Assembly (NCBI GenBank): GCA_001643675.2
Contig: LSRY02000057.1
Coordinates: 62,001-126,000 of the forward strand
Reading direction: 5' to 3'
Length of the DNA stretch: 64,000 bases
DNA from: Monocercomonoides exilis PA203
Lineage: Eukaryota; Protista; Preaxostyla
In this document: positions 13,461 to 26,667 of the stretch, in pieces
How positions within the stretch are numbered: position 1 is the first letter of the stretch
How the letters are laid out: the number at the start of each line of letters is the position of its first letter
The notes under the pieces: generated by a model
Seen by the model: only the letters and a program-made list of their open reading frames with translations
Database searches by the model: none
Told to the model about the DNA's origin: nothing
Made by a program: the position numbers and the translations under genes

Positions 13461-13871
13461 TTATGCACGTTCAGCTCTGATTCTTCTTGCAAGTTGCATA
13501 TCTTTTGGCATGATTGTAACACGCTTTGCATGAATTGCGCACAAGTTGGTATCTTCAAACAATCCAACGAGATAAGCTTCGCATGCTTCCTGAAGAGCTG
13601 CAACTGCTGAGCTTTGGAATCTCAAATCAGTTTTGTATTCTTGTGCGATTTCACGAACAAGACGTTGGAATGGGAGCTTTCTAATCAAAAGTTCAGTGCT
13701 CTTCTGATACTTTCTGATTTCACGAAGTGCCACGGTACCTGGACGGAAACGATGGGGCTTCTTCACACCACCAGCTGCAGCTGCTGTTTTACGTGCTGCT
13801 TTTGAAGCGAGCTGTTTGCGTGGAGCTTTTACACCAATTTGCTTACGAGAAACTTGCTTTGTTCTAACCAT
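13461..13871 (-). CDS. H3: Histone H3 (variant N-terminal tail), intronless
   Basis: 136-aa ORF with the canonical H3 fold ([40 protein letters not shown]...[21 protein letters not shown]). Confidence 0.98.
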   Translation of the reverse strand: MVRTKQVSRKQIGVKAPRKQLASKAARKTAAAAGGVKKPHRFRPGTVALREIRKYQKSTELLIRKLPFQRLVREIAQEYKTDLRFQSSAVAALQEACEAYLVGLFEDTNLCAIHAKRVTIMPKDMQLARRIRAERA

Positions 13872-14496
13872 TTTAAATTATTATTTGTTTGATAAAGATA
13901 TATCAAAATATTTTTTGAGAAAGTTTTCTTTTAGATTACATATATAACGATGAGTATGAAAAGATCAATTTGTACGCAAAAGTGATCAATTATAATTATT
14001 AATATATTATATTTTGGATCTATTACGATTGAAAAATGATAAACTGTTTTTATTTTGTGCAAGTTCAATATTCATTTGAACTTACTTATTTCTTATGCAT
14101 TAAAGCATTGATTTTGATTTTAAGGTGTTTTTTCATTTTATTGATTTCGATTTTGTTATGAAGCTAGTTGAATATAGGATATACCAATTTGGTAATTTTT
14201 AAATACAACAAGCTACATTCATGTATACATTGAAAGAAATAATATATGTGCTTGCTGAATGTTTTTGATGTTTTCAATTAAATTTTAATTTTTATTAAAA
14301 TTCTGATTTTTGATTTTGTTTTATTAGTTTTTCTTTTTAATTTTTTTGGTTGTTTATTCGTTTCGTTTCGTTTCACATTTTGTGTTCAATTTATTTATTT
14401 GTGAAGAATATTGAATAGTTTGTTTTTTCTATCTATTTCACCCCCTCAATAAGATTATATTAAGGTTTTAACAAATAAGGTGAATAGCTTAACTAT

Positions 14497-17400
14497 ATGA
14501 GCATAAATGCTCTAATGATAGAAACTTGCATATGGAATATTCTTTTTATTTTTATTGGAACAGAATTTTCCATTTGTCAAGCATTCGATGTGACTGAAAT
14601 AATGGATAGAATAATAGAGCCTTCAATGTATTTCAATAAGTTGAATATTGATTTTTCTTCTGATGACGTATGTTCACAAGCATTTAAATCGCATTTAGGG
14701 GTTAGAAATATTTATTATGTTGAAAACATTGAAAACGAGTTATTTTGCGAAAAAGATAAATGCTTTCATGAACGGAAAAATACTGAAATAAGAGGAAACG
14801 TCGAATTGAAAATTTCATCTTTTGATTGCAAAAACTTGAAAATGAAGGAAGAAGCAAATGCAAGCATTATTAAAGTTGAAAGAGGAAGTTTATTATTATT
14901 GGACAGGTGCTCGATTGAAATCAGTTGCGAATAGTTCCCGTTTGACATAAGCTGGGGTTATGTGTCAGTTGCAAATATTTCACTCTGCTTGTATTCAACT
15001 TCACTTTTACAAAAATGTCCGTCTCTTTTCTCTTCAGAAACATTTCAAGAGAAGTTTACTGAGAATTGCCATATTTCTGTTTGTTCATCTTGTTTCTCTT
15101 CTTTTTGTATATCGTCAGTCTCGTTTCTGGCACTTCCCTTCGTATCTTATGTATCCCTCTCTAATCTGGTAGTCTTCAACATTTCAACATCGCCATCAGA
15201 ACGTTCACCTTCAATAACTGCATCAACCCAAACAACATGCCTGATGAGCGGATGCATATTTGCATCAGTTTGTGATGTGTACGATGGAGGGGTTGTATCT
15301 TCCTTGAACAATCCTTCGTCTTCATTATCTTCTTTGAACGCCTCATTTGTCAGGTGTTATCGAACTCAGAATGTTGTTTATTCAGGGAGTGAAGGATATC
15401 CTTCGAGACCAGGAAGACAGAATCAAACAACAAATGGAGTAAATTCATTCACTTTGTGCGAATGGAATGGCTCTAAAACAATCGGAATAGATGGCTCTTA
15501 TACAGACGGGATTTCAAGTGGAGGGGCAATTTTCATGTACGGTTTATCGTCTGGAGTACTTTCAGTGAAATTCTGTTCGTTCTATAATTGCTATACGCAT
15601 TATTGTGGTGGCGGAATATTTTGCAATTCAATATACGCTGTTGAAATTGAGAACACCTCTTTTATTTCATGTGCTTGTGGTTATTATTGAAGGGGATGTG
15701 CTGATATTCAGCTAATTTCATCTAATGTGCATATTGGTGGATGCATATTTCAGAATTGTTCTGCAAATGAAGATGGGGGATGTTTAAGTCTCGTTGGATT
15801 TAATGTTTCGGGATCATTGCGCTCCAGAACGGAAAATGGGAACAAAGAAAATTCTTGCATATTTGACTGTTCTTTTTCTTCCTGCTCAATTGCATATTCA
15901 AGAGGAGGAGGTATTTTTGTTCATAACGCTCCTGCTCAATTTAAAATAAGGAGCACAAAATTTATTTCGTGCACTGCAGAATCATTTGGCGGAGGTTTTT
16001 ATTTGGATCAGTCTCAAATAGATTCTTCACTTAACACTATTATTTGTTACTTTCTTTTCTTTCATAATTGCAAGTACTATGAAGATCCTCCATATGGTCA
16101 TGATGTACATTTTTTTGATGAATCGAGTTATTTCGAATATTCAAATCCATTCTATGAATCATACACAACGAATGCAGATGATAGGAGAGTCTGTTTTGGT
16201 TCAAGTAATAATTGGGAATTTCAGGAAATAGAAAAGAAGTGGTGGCTAAAGGATGGGATGCTTGAACGATTTGTTGGAGTGATGGGTGATGACAATAACG
16301 TTTGGTGCGGAATAAATGAAACCTTCCCTTGCAAGACGCTTGGTTATTCTGTACAAAAAAGCCCAGAACAAGCGAATTCGTCCGTCAATGTGCTTGAAGG
16401 AAATCGTGTAAGCGAAATGTCAACAATAAAAGTGCAAAAAAGAAACATAAATGTTGTTGGGAAAGGGAAAGAAGAGAGCGTGATCGAACTAGGTTTCCTT
16501 TCATCTACATCAAAATCGTTGTTTTGCTTGCTTAGTGGAAATCTCAGTATTGCTTCGTTGGGAATTAAACAAAACTCAGCAAACAATCCTTCGCCAAATA
16601 TATTTATTATGGAGGAAGAAAATGGATATCTCAAATTATATGACATTGTAATATTTTCTAGAAATGGTGAAAACGTTGCAATATCATCACCATTATTTGT
16701 TGTAATATACTCAAAGTTATCTATTATTTCCACAGAAATAAAAAATATGATTATTTCTCAACCATTGTTTATTGAGTCTTCATCAAGATCAACAACTTGT
16801 GTCCTGTCAAATGTTAGGCTTTCAAATGTGAGGAGGGTTGGAGGAGACGGAGTTTTGGCTTCAAAGACTGTTGGGGCGGATGAAGGATTTGAGATATGGA
16901 ATGCAACATTAGAAGATTGTGAATGCACTGAAGGGAATGGATGTAGAATTAAAGTGGATTTTGCATCAACCACAAGCAAGCTTCGAGTGGGTTCGTCATC
17001 AACAATGAGCGGAACTGAAGCCAGATTTAGCGCTTGTGGATGTGGAGGGTATGGGGGAGGGTTGATGAAAAATTTGATAGAAAATGCTTCCGACTTTAAA
17101 ATTTTGGTAGTGAATTTTGCTTATTGTTCTTCGGAAAAGGGAGGGAATTTTATATTTGTTAACTCTAATGATTTATCTCAAGTTATTAATGGAACTACGC
17201 TTGCCTTTTCTGTTGATATAAATGATGAAATGTCATGTTCGGGATTTGAACGAGGCACAACTGGAGAAGGTTTCGTAATTCCGCTTGTTCTCTACTCGAA
17301 GAATTTATCATTTCCAGTTTTCATTAATGGGACAGAAGGTGCAGATTTTTCTGCTTGCTGATTTTTGAATTATCCATGCTGCTCATTAAACGCATTATCG

Positions 17401-20400
17401 AAATCGCGATTTGGTTCACAGCCTCACATTTTATTTATTTCTCAGCCTTTCACTTTTGACGAAGAATTCGTATTTGATGATCAGGAATGGAGAATTAATT
17501 CTTCATCCTACATTTCCTCAAACGGATTTGCTGTTGTATCACCAATTGGACTTGTCCAAAACGAGCTGATGATTACAAAAGTGTCTTCATATTTCAATAA
17601 TATAATGTTTAATTTGTCCAGAACGTTGAATGGCTGAGGATCTTGATTTCGAGTTGATTCAGATAATCTCAATGTTAACAAGTGTGGGATACGTAGCTCA
17701 GAAACAGAAATAGGATATGGATTTGCTCGAATCTGTGGAGGAAAAGTTTTCATTTGCGAATTTTCTACATTTTAGCTGAGTTTTCCATCATCTTCTTTGT
17801 TTAATATCAATTCGAGCAGTGCTTCGCTTTTAATGAGCGATTCACAATGGCTGACCAAGGCCGTAATATCTACATAATTGCTCCATCTCTGAGTGAAGTA
17901 ATCAATAACGAGCGATACCTTCAATAGATGATCCAACTATTGACAATTCTTCGATGGAATGAGCTGAACCTCCGGATAACGAGCCATCTATTTCATTGCC
18001 ATTGTATATGAGAGTATTGGATGCATTTGTTTTTGTTTCTTCGAGTGGCCTGGATGTCAATGTTTGTGGGTTTAGCGACTTTTCTTGCCTAACACTTTTG
18101 TATTCATTTAGCAGAAAAGATGATGACAAAAAAATATGTGTTTTGGACTCAATTGCCTTTGAAGAAGAGATTAAAGCATGTGATTGCATTTATTTAATCA
18201 AAGGAGGCACAGAATTGAGCGGATGGAACATAAGTTCCAATGCTTCCGGTGATGATTATGCGCTTATTACAGCAGACACTGACCTAACGATAAGCAATCT
18301 CACAATTAGACTTCCAGATGCATTCCAAACACATTTAGCGTTTATTGGATCAACAAAATATTTGAGAATAAACGACTGTGAGCTGGAATGCCTTGATTCC
18401 ACTTCCTCAATAATTAACTATTGCATTTTCTCCTTGAACGGCGGAGGATGCTCAATGTCTTGTGTTACATGCAAAAACACTGAATTTATAAATACCTCAA
18501 TTATTGCATTTGGAGAGAAGTTGTTAGATTTGAATTTGAATGAACTTGTCTTTGATAATGAAATATTTTCCTCTGCTTCCATTTTAAGCAATTCTTCAAC
18601 AACAGAATTATTCTGGGCAAATGCTGGCACAACGAAAATGCAATTAACAAACACCACTCAGAATGGCTCAAAATCATTGTTATGTCTCTCTTCATTCGCT
18701 TTATTTATTGAAGGTTCAAATTTTGTGTTGCAACAATAAAGTCCATGGAAATGGAACAGTTTTGAACATCTCAGGAGGCATAATTCGAATATCTAATTGT
18801 TCAATATCAGGGTTGAATGGCTTTGCTAGTTCTGAAAATAATGAAGCAGATTATGAAGAAGATTTCAGCTGTAAATTTGAGGGATCACTTATTACTCTCA
18901 GAAATTGTCTTTCTACGATTAGTTCAGTTACGTTTGCTAATTCGTCGATTGGTGCGCTGTCAATAATTGAAGGCGAAACTCATTTAGAAAATTGTGCATT
19001 CATTAACAACACCATCAACAATGCTGACTTCAATTCTGTTCATTGGAACATTTTGTGTGAAAAAGGAGCTCTTATTGTTGATTCGTATTCTGATGAATCT
19101 GGATTGAGAGATCCAGACAATCTACTGGAAGGAGAATACCTCGAACTTTGGATGCAGAATAGCGGCTGCACGATAAATGGTTCGGTTGGTCAGAGATTGC
19201 AAGAGAGCGAAGATTTATCTGAGGATTCATTAAAAGCATTTCCTCAGAAGACTTATCTTTTTTGCAGTCCGCATGTTTCAAAAACAACACTAATTGATAC
19301 CGATGATAAAGCAATTGTTCATTTCAAAGGAAATAACCTTCTTCTTTGTCTTGTATCATATGAATTATTTTCCTTAAATGTTTCTGATGAAAATGCAAGA
19401 ATACAAGAAATTTCTTTATCCTTAATAACATGTTCGTATATCAACCAGAATGAAAATGCCGTTGAGGTGTCAAAATCTCAACTCAAGTCCGCTTTTGATA
19501 TGACTGAGATTCAAATTTGGGTACAGCTGTTCTTTCGTTGAAGGAGAACTCTCTTTATGACGAGCACTCAAACGGTGTTTGTGTTATTAAAACGGAACCT
19601 GTTCTTTTGCAAGATGTTATCGAACAGCCTGCTGATGTTTCCAAATCATCGTCAAAAGCATTTCCTTGGTGGATTACACTTATTATTGCTGGAGTTTTGA
19701 TTATCGCTTTGATTATTGCTGTGATTGTAATTGTTAAGAAAAAGCGCTCAAATAAATGGAAAGACATCGAAATTAGAGATGTTAATGAAGAATGTGAAGA
19801 AAAGGGATTGATGGACATGAACGAAACGGATAAACTGGGGATAGCAATAAATCCTGTTAGCGAGACACCATCAAAACGAGATAGTTCTTCGATCGTTATC
19901 CAATCATCGAAAACTTCAAATGTTGATGGAAATTGTATCTTTAAGAAACAATTTAGCAATTCGTCGCTCGTATCAACAAATCCATTTGAGAATACTCCTG
20001 GATTAGCTTACGATTTTCCAAATGAAGAATGTAATGAATGCTCATCATCTGATTTATTGGGTGATTCAAGCTTGCTTGAATCTTTTGAATCACTTTATCC
20101 TATGGGGAAAAATGCAGATAATCTCTCGTTTAAAAATGGTTCAATGGATTTGTTGTCCGTCTCTTCAACAGCAGCGCTTCTGGCAAATGAAAATAACTCA
20201 GTTGCACAAAGTTTGGATCTATCTCAGTCAAATAACGGCTTCATGTCTAAAAATTTCAGTGTAGCTGAGACTGATTCACTTTGTGATGAATTAGAAGAAG
20301 ATATAATGAGCAAGCTTTTGACTTCTACTATTATACATAAAGCTTTTCCGGAAAATGATATGACGGGTGATTCTCAAGATGTATTAACTGAGATTTGTGC

Positions 20401-21454
20401 CGCTTGTACTGCATTTGCATCTCATGAGAATAATGACTTGATACGGGATTCTGAACAAATGGCAAATCCTTCGCAAAGAAAAAGGAAAAAGAAAGGAAAG
20501 AAAGGAACGCATAGAAGGGGAGCAAAATTGAATGATGTGCAATCAGAAAATGAAAAAGAAGAAATAGAGAGCGTAGGAATCCTTTTGAAAAATACAGTTG
20601 CAATGGTAGAAAAAAATAATGGATCTGATAGTATAGAATCTGTTAATTTTAAATCTCCTGAATATTATCATGCATCTTCTTCAGCATCGAGCACTCCTTT
20701 CTCTTTATTTGGAGATGACGATAAAGCTACTGGAGATTCAGTATTGAAACGATATAACAATTTATCAGAAAATACAATAAACATCATAAGAACAGATACG
20801 ATTCTTGATGATACTGTTACTGTTAATATTCTGAGTGCATCATTTAAACAAACAACTCCAGATAATCCTGTAGATTCAGACCAATCTGGGCAGGGTGAAA
20901 TAAATACAAGATATTGCAACATGGAATCTGAAAATCCTCCAGCTGCAGATGGAGAGCCTAAACAAGAGCGTCTTCGAAAGAAGAAAAAGAAAAAGAAAGT
21001 TGAAAAAAGCACTTCTGAACAATCAGGGGATCCTGCAATTCATGTGAATAACAATATTGAAGATCAGGAACAGAAAGAAACTGATCAATTTTCAGCTCTG
21101 AATACAGTGCATAATAAATCATCGTTTGATCAAAACTGTTCAGTGGAAAAACCCAAAGATGGAGATTCGGAAGCATTAAATGCACATACATTTACCGATA
21201 TTAAATCTGATAATGAGCAAACAAAGGAGAATGCTATTAATTCTCCAGAAGAGTTTCTTGTGAATGAAAATATAATTCCGGACAAATTGAAGAAAAAGAA
21301 GAAGAAGAAGAAGAAATTACAAAAGCAACTGAAAGAAGAATCGAATGGTGAGTTATCTGATGTTAATTCAACCTTGTTTGATGAATCAAAAAATGAAAAA
21401 TTTTCATCAAGCGAAGGTCCAACAGTTACGAAAACAGATATTTTCGATATTTAA
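14497..21454 (+). pseudogene. Decayed large Cys-rich beta-helix surface/receptor gene (ectodomain related to 26668-34410) with TM helix and non-kinase tail
   Basis: Same-frame ORFs 14497/14962/15727/17365 are separated by single stops (TAG 14932, TGA 15688, 17359, 17635), followed by more stops and frameshifts. Family motifs FTLCEW, SSGGAI, CGINETFPCKT, CGFSDFSCLT; TM FPWWITLIIAGVLIIALIIAVIVIV-KKKR. Confidence 0.75.
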
Positions 21455-22837
21455 TCATCCGACATTTATTCTTCTGCTGTATCCTTGAATCAAGAAAATA
21501 AAGAAATAATTGTTGTTCAGAATTGTGATTGATCATCTCAATCTCGATAAGAATAAAATCAAGTTCGAGCAATTTCATCACTTTGGAAGCATCTCAGAAA
21601 CGAAGTTAAAATAGATGAAGATATCAAGAAAAAGAAAAATGAAATTGAAGAAAAATCTCAAACTATAGGGGGGAGTAGATATTTAATGAAGACATCATTA
21701 TTCAATTGAACAAATTGATAAATGTGTTTGTTCCGCTGTATGTTAACTTTTATTCTAAACAGAAAATCAGACCAGTCATTTGCAATTAAACGATTTTATT
21801 AACTTGTTAATTTTTTGCTTGCAATTGTAATGCTATGAATTTGCGAAAAGCAGTTCACAGAGCGCAGTTCGTCCAATGAGAGAATCTGCTCTTTCATTGT
21901 TGTGAAGCCAATAAAAAGACTGAAAATTTTCTTATTCAGCTGTCTGTGTTGCGAAGATAAAAATTATAAACTCTATTGTCTTTTTTTTTTTTCCTGTAAT
22001 ATTTATGCCTCTATTAATGGAGCAAAAACAATCAATGTGTAATTGTTTGATGTCTTTGTTTTTCTCTTTATATTTAAAAGTGTGAATGTTATCTGTATTA
22101 TTTTCACTCTTAAACTTTTTGTTATATTTAAATTGATGGATTCTGTTAAAGTTAATTTTTTTTTTAACATGTTAGAATGTTGAGTAATTTTTTGTATGTT
22201 ATAGGTGTTCCTATTTTCCTTATATTCATTCATTTTTTATGTTCTTTTTGTGGCAGTTAAATATATATGTGTGTGTACATGTTTCCCTTTAATTTCTTTA
22301 TAATATTTTTTTAACGCAAGTCTTTGAGTACATATCTTTCTCTTCTGATAATCATCTTTTTTTTTACTATGTTGTAAAAATGATATTTCTCGAGCATCAA
22401 TTATTACCAAGGTTTATTACTAAAAATTCTGCACTCACTTAAATAATCTTATTCATGATTCTTTTATCCCAATTTATTTTTAACTCAAATCGATTCGGTT
22501 TGAGTTGTTTTTGATATCATATATTCGCCACGAAACAGCCTGTTCCCTCGGCTTGCTCACATATTCATTGCATTTAAAATCAAAATTTATTGAATTTTAC
22601 AATTTTATTTGATGAGTTTGAGATTTTTTTATCAAAGTTTTGGAAATTGAAATTTTGATCATTATTCTTTGAAATTTTCATAAATCTGCAGAACATTTCA
22701 GATTGCATGAAAAATGTATTTTGATATCATTTTTTTCATTTGAGCTTTGGTCAAATGTTTTTCCTCAAAGGAAATAACTAAGTTGTAAATGATCCCATTG
22801 TTCTATTGGTGCCAAATCCGAATCCAGCAAATTATCT

Positions 22838-22869
<32 letters not shown>

Positions 22870-22879
22870 CAAAAATAAT

Positions 22880-23065
22880 AAATGGGACGATATTTTTTTC
22901 TTTATGAATTTTGTTCCATTCTGCTCATTTAATTATATTTCTCAATTTTGAAGAATTTTCTATGTTTTTTTGACATGGAATGAAAGATTTTACATGATAA
23001 GGTTGTGGAAAAAGTTTGGAACAAATTGTTATCTTTTTCATAAATGAAAGAATTTTGCCCCAAAT
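22880..23065. mobile_element. MITE-like element, family C (~185 bp)
   Basis: Ends ATGGGACGATATTTTTTTCTTTATGAA / TTCATAAATGAAAGAATTTTGCCCCAAAT; internally similar to 25797-25982 and 45221-45400. Confidence 0.6.
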
Positions 23066-23273
23066 GTTAACCATGCGTTTGATTGAATGTGAAGAGCTCA
23101 CATTCGTGCAATTACTTGATATTTTATGGAAAGCTGCAATCTTTTCGTGAAGCTGAACATTTTCAGAAAGCAAATAGTCTAAATATGAATTGTTTTTTGA
23201 GTGTAAATATTAAACAATCTTTCTCGGTGTGAAACTGTATTTTTGTATAAGTTAAGCCTTTTCAAATAATACA

Positions 23274-23781
23274 ATATGTCAAAATTTTTTTGAAAAGTTC
23301 CTTTTGTTAAATTTTCAATATAAATATGGGTGATTATTTTTGAAATCATATTTTTCCATTCAAAATTTTCGGTTTATAAATTTCCATTTAAAATTAATTA
23401 ATGAACACAAAAAAAGTGAAATGGTATGTTTGAGACATCTTCATCTTTAATTCAGCAAAAACATTTGTTTTTGAAACAGTTGTAATGAATTTGACATTTG
23501 AATTCAAAATCTCTTCCCAATGACAAACAATCATTGAAAAATCAACACCCCGAAAAAAGATATGATTTCAAAAATTATCACACATATTGTTTTCAAATTT
23601 CGATCAAATTTCTGTTCCCAATCATGAAAATTTATAAAAATGGAAATAACAACATTGTCAAGATTTTGTTTTCATAACAGTATAATCTGTTGACTGATTA
23701 CAGATATTTGATCAAAATAGGAAATTTTTATTCTATTTGATAATTAACCAAAAGGAACTTTTCAAAAAAATTTAGACGTAT
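23274..23781. mobile_element. MITE-like element, family D, carrying a nested family A copy
   Basis: TIR TATGTCAAAATTTTTTTGAAAAGTTCCTTTTG at 23275 vs CAAAAGGAACTTTTCAAAAAAATTTAGACGTA ending at 23780. Confidence 0.65.
23324..23587. mobile_element. MITE-like element, family A (~260 bp), nested copy
   Basis: TIR ATATGGGTGATTATTTTTGAAATCAT / ATGATTTCAAAAATTATCACACATAT; its reverse complement aligns along the length of 23844-24105. Confidence 0.7.
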
Positions 23782-23843
23782 TCATTTTGAAACAATTTTG
23801 AATTTTCATTAGAGAATAAGCTTTTCTCAGTGTATTAGTGTGC

Positions 23844-24105
23844 ATATGGGTGATTATTTTAGAAATCATGACTTTTTTCGGTGTGCTGTTTTTTTAAAGG
23901 TTGTTTGTAATTTGGAAAACGTTTTGTGATCAAATGCAAATTAAAACACAATTGTTTCACAAACAAATGAGTAATCTGAAATTAAGATGAATATGTCTTG
24001 AATATACCTGCACACTTTTCAGTATTTATTGATTAATGTCAAAGTGAATTTTTCGAACCGAAATCTTTGAATGCAAAATCTGATTTCTAAAATAATCACC
24101 CATAT
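23844..24105. mobile_element. MITE-like element, family A
   Basis: TIR ATATGGGTGATTATTTTAGAAATCA / TGATTTCTAAAATAATCACCCATAT (perfect 25 bp). Confidence 0.75.
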
Positions 24106-25631
24106 TTTATCTTCACATCAAAATTTTATCTCAACCCTATTTTTTTGAAACTTATTTTTGCTTTTTTGATTTGTGAAAAGGCTAAAAAAAAACAAAATAA
24201 ATAGACTTTCTGATATTTTTGTTTTTTTGGAATTCTGTCAAAAAATTATTTTGAAATTTTTATGAACAAAAAAATATTCAAAATTATTATTATTGTTGGA
24301 CCCAGATCAAAGACATGCTGGCTGTGAAGTGAATATATCATAATGAACGTTTCAAGCCACAGTATCACAATTCTGCATTCCTATATTATTATTTAAACTT
24401 GTTTTTGACTTTTTCAATAAAATTTTTAACCTTTTTTTCTCATTTCACTGTTTATGCATAAAACACAATTTTCGGAACAAATATGAATTTGTTTAAATAT
24501 TTAAGCACATTAAAAATAAAAACAAGGTGTTATTTATTGTATTTTTGAATAAAGCATTGGAATGAAAAAGAATTGAACAAGAATTTGAAGCGAAATGGAA
24601 GAACATATGAAAATTTTGATCTGAAAATTGTTCGTCATATTCAAATATTTTGTTGTTTTTTCTTTAAGATATCATTTCATTTCAAATTTGTTTTTATTTC
24701 ATTTCATTAAATTTTAAAAACAAATGGATGCATGTCTCTGAAATCATGTTTTTCAAAAAAAATGAATGAAATGAGAAAAAGTGTTCAAAAAACAAGTTGA
24801 GAAAGTTTTATACTAGTTTAACTTATAAAAAAGAAACGATGTGGGGGAAAATACGGACTTTCAAGCTTTTTATGCACAAAGAATGAAAAAATTGTTTCTC
24901 TCATAACTTTATTTCGCTGTCTCATATTTCAAAATAAATTGGATTAACATATCTTAAAGCTGTCATTATTGAAATTAAATCATAAAGTTTTGTGACATTC
25001 CGCATTTGTCAAAAAATGGACACATTTTTTTCAAATTTTTTGATCACAAAAAGTTCATCTCAGGTCATAATTTTTCTTTGAAAATGCCTGAAGTCAAATA
25101 TTTTGTCCCATGTATTATGATATGATAGCTTAAAACTTCAAACAAAAAAAATATTCGCTGGAAAAGCAGCAAGTCAATGATCAAAACATAAAATTATCAC
25201 AATCCTCGATCTTTTTGAAAAACATGAAATATTGGGGGAAAAATACTAAAAAAGGAAATTAAAACATTTCAAACATTTCTGGTTATTTTTTATTTTCATA
25301 GGCTTGTGTTAAGCTAAAAGCATGACAAAAAAGAAAAAGGTCTCGATAAAGAAAAAATGTCAAGATAAAATCATAGCTTTATATTTGAAATAAAATGATG
25401 GTCTTATTCATTTCATGCATTAAAGATGAATAACAAATTAAAAAAGTTATTTAATAATGAAACCAGTAAAAAAGAAAGAAATATATCATTATTCATAAAT
25501 AATCATTTGCAATAATGTGACAAATAAACCATTTAATCCAAAGAAATATGATGATACAACAATAATCAAGAAAAACCGAGGAAACAAAAAAGAATATAGA
25601 TGGAGGATAATATTTGTGTTTTTCATTTCTG

Positions 25632-25680
25632 ATATGGGTGAAAGTTTTTGAAATCATAACTTTTTTCGTTGTGATGATTA
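25632..25680. mobile_element. Truncated family A end
   Basis: ATATGGGTGAAAGTTTTTGAAATCATAACTTTTTTCG matches the family A left end. Confidence 0.5.
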
Positions 25681-25796
25681 AAGAAAAAAATTTTTAATAT
25701 ATAAAAAGAAGTTTTTCATTCAAATGTTAAATTCTTTCTAATGATTATTAAAGACAATGATTGAGATGAAAAAAAAGACAAAGAAGATTTTTGAAG

Positions 25797-25982
25797 ATAT
25801 AGGACAGAATTTTTTGCTTTATGAATTTTGTTCCACACAATGCTTCCAAAGATTTTTTTCTTCTTTTTAATATTTCTATATTTTATTTTGCACGAGAATG
25901 ATAAATTTGCAATTATTCGAATCAGAAATAGTTTGGAACAAATCATCGATTTTTTCATAAATGCAAGAGTTCTGTCCCATAT
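25797..25982. mobile_element. MITE-like element, family C
   Basis: TIR ATATAGGACAGAATTTTTTGCTTTATGAA / TTCATAAATGCAAGAGTTCTGTCCCATAT. Confidence 0.7.
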
Positions 25983-26667
25983 TACAACTTTCGGTGTTCA
26001 GAAAATAATATTCAAAACAAATTTTCAAATGGACTATTTTTTTCACCCTTTCACTTTTGTTTTCATGTGTCAAACACTCCTCTCTCCTTTTCTCAAAACT
26101 GTTTTTTCATCTCCAATTCTCCTTTTCTGTTGATATGCCTTTGTTTTTCAATGTCAATTCCTAACAGCTCTGTGCCTTGTCTTATATCAATAATTATCAG
26201 CCAACAACAATGCTTCAGATAACACACTTGAAACAAAATAGCTGTTTCAGAAATATTATTTTTGGGGGGCACTTCATTTTTTTTCCAATAAGAAAACACA
26301 TGATGGTTCAAATTGTTTTTCATTTTCATTCATTCCTTTGCCGTTGTATTTCCAATTCAACAAAAAATAACAATAACTTAAAATAAAAAATAAAAACAAA
26401 CACTCGTTTTCGCTCAAGAAATCAGCCACCTGCTTTTTGCTTGCGATTCGGAAACCGCAACAAAATTTCTTCACTGCGACTGACCAACTTGAGCATTCAC
26501 AATGCCATCACTTCTGTTTCTGCTTCGTCACCCAAATGCCAACTTTCTTTCCCCTCTCCTCATTCGGTGTTTCAAATTGTTCAGAAAGTTCGATCCACGC
26601 TCATTCTGTTTGTTTGTCGTTTCCATATTTCTTCTTTTCCAGTTATGTGCTCTTCAACCACAAACAA

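Noticed and set aside
13461-13871. Centromeric H3 (CenH3)
   Set aside because: Canonical length, conserved fold and alignable tail.
14932-17637. Stop-codon reassignment or readthrough explaining in-frame TAG/TGA in the receptor-like gene
   Set aside because: Intact genes end in TAA/TAG/TGA and have no internal stops; the gene also has frameshifts; at least one TGA sits where paralogs have Gly (CG motif), consistent with GGA-to-TGA mutation.
22839-22869. T31 run as a retroposon poly(A) tail
   Set aside because: No associated element body or TSD could be identified.
24839-25112. Another GGG...CCC-ended element
   Set aside because: The inverted match is too degenerate to support in AT-rich DNA.
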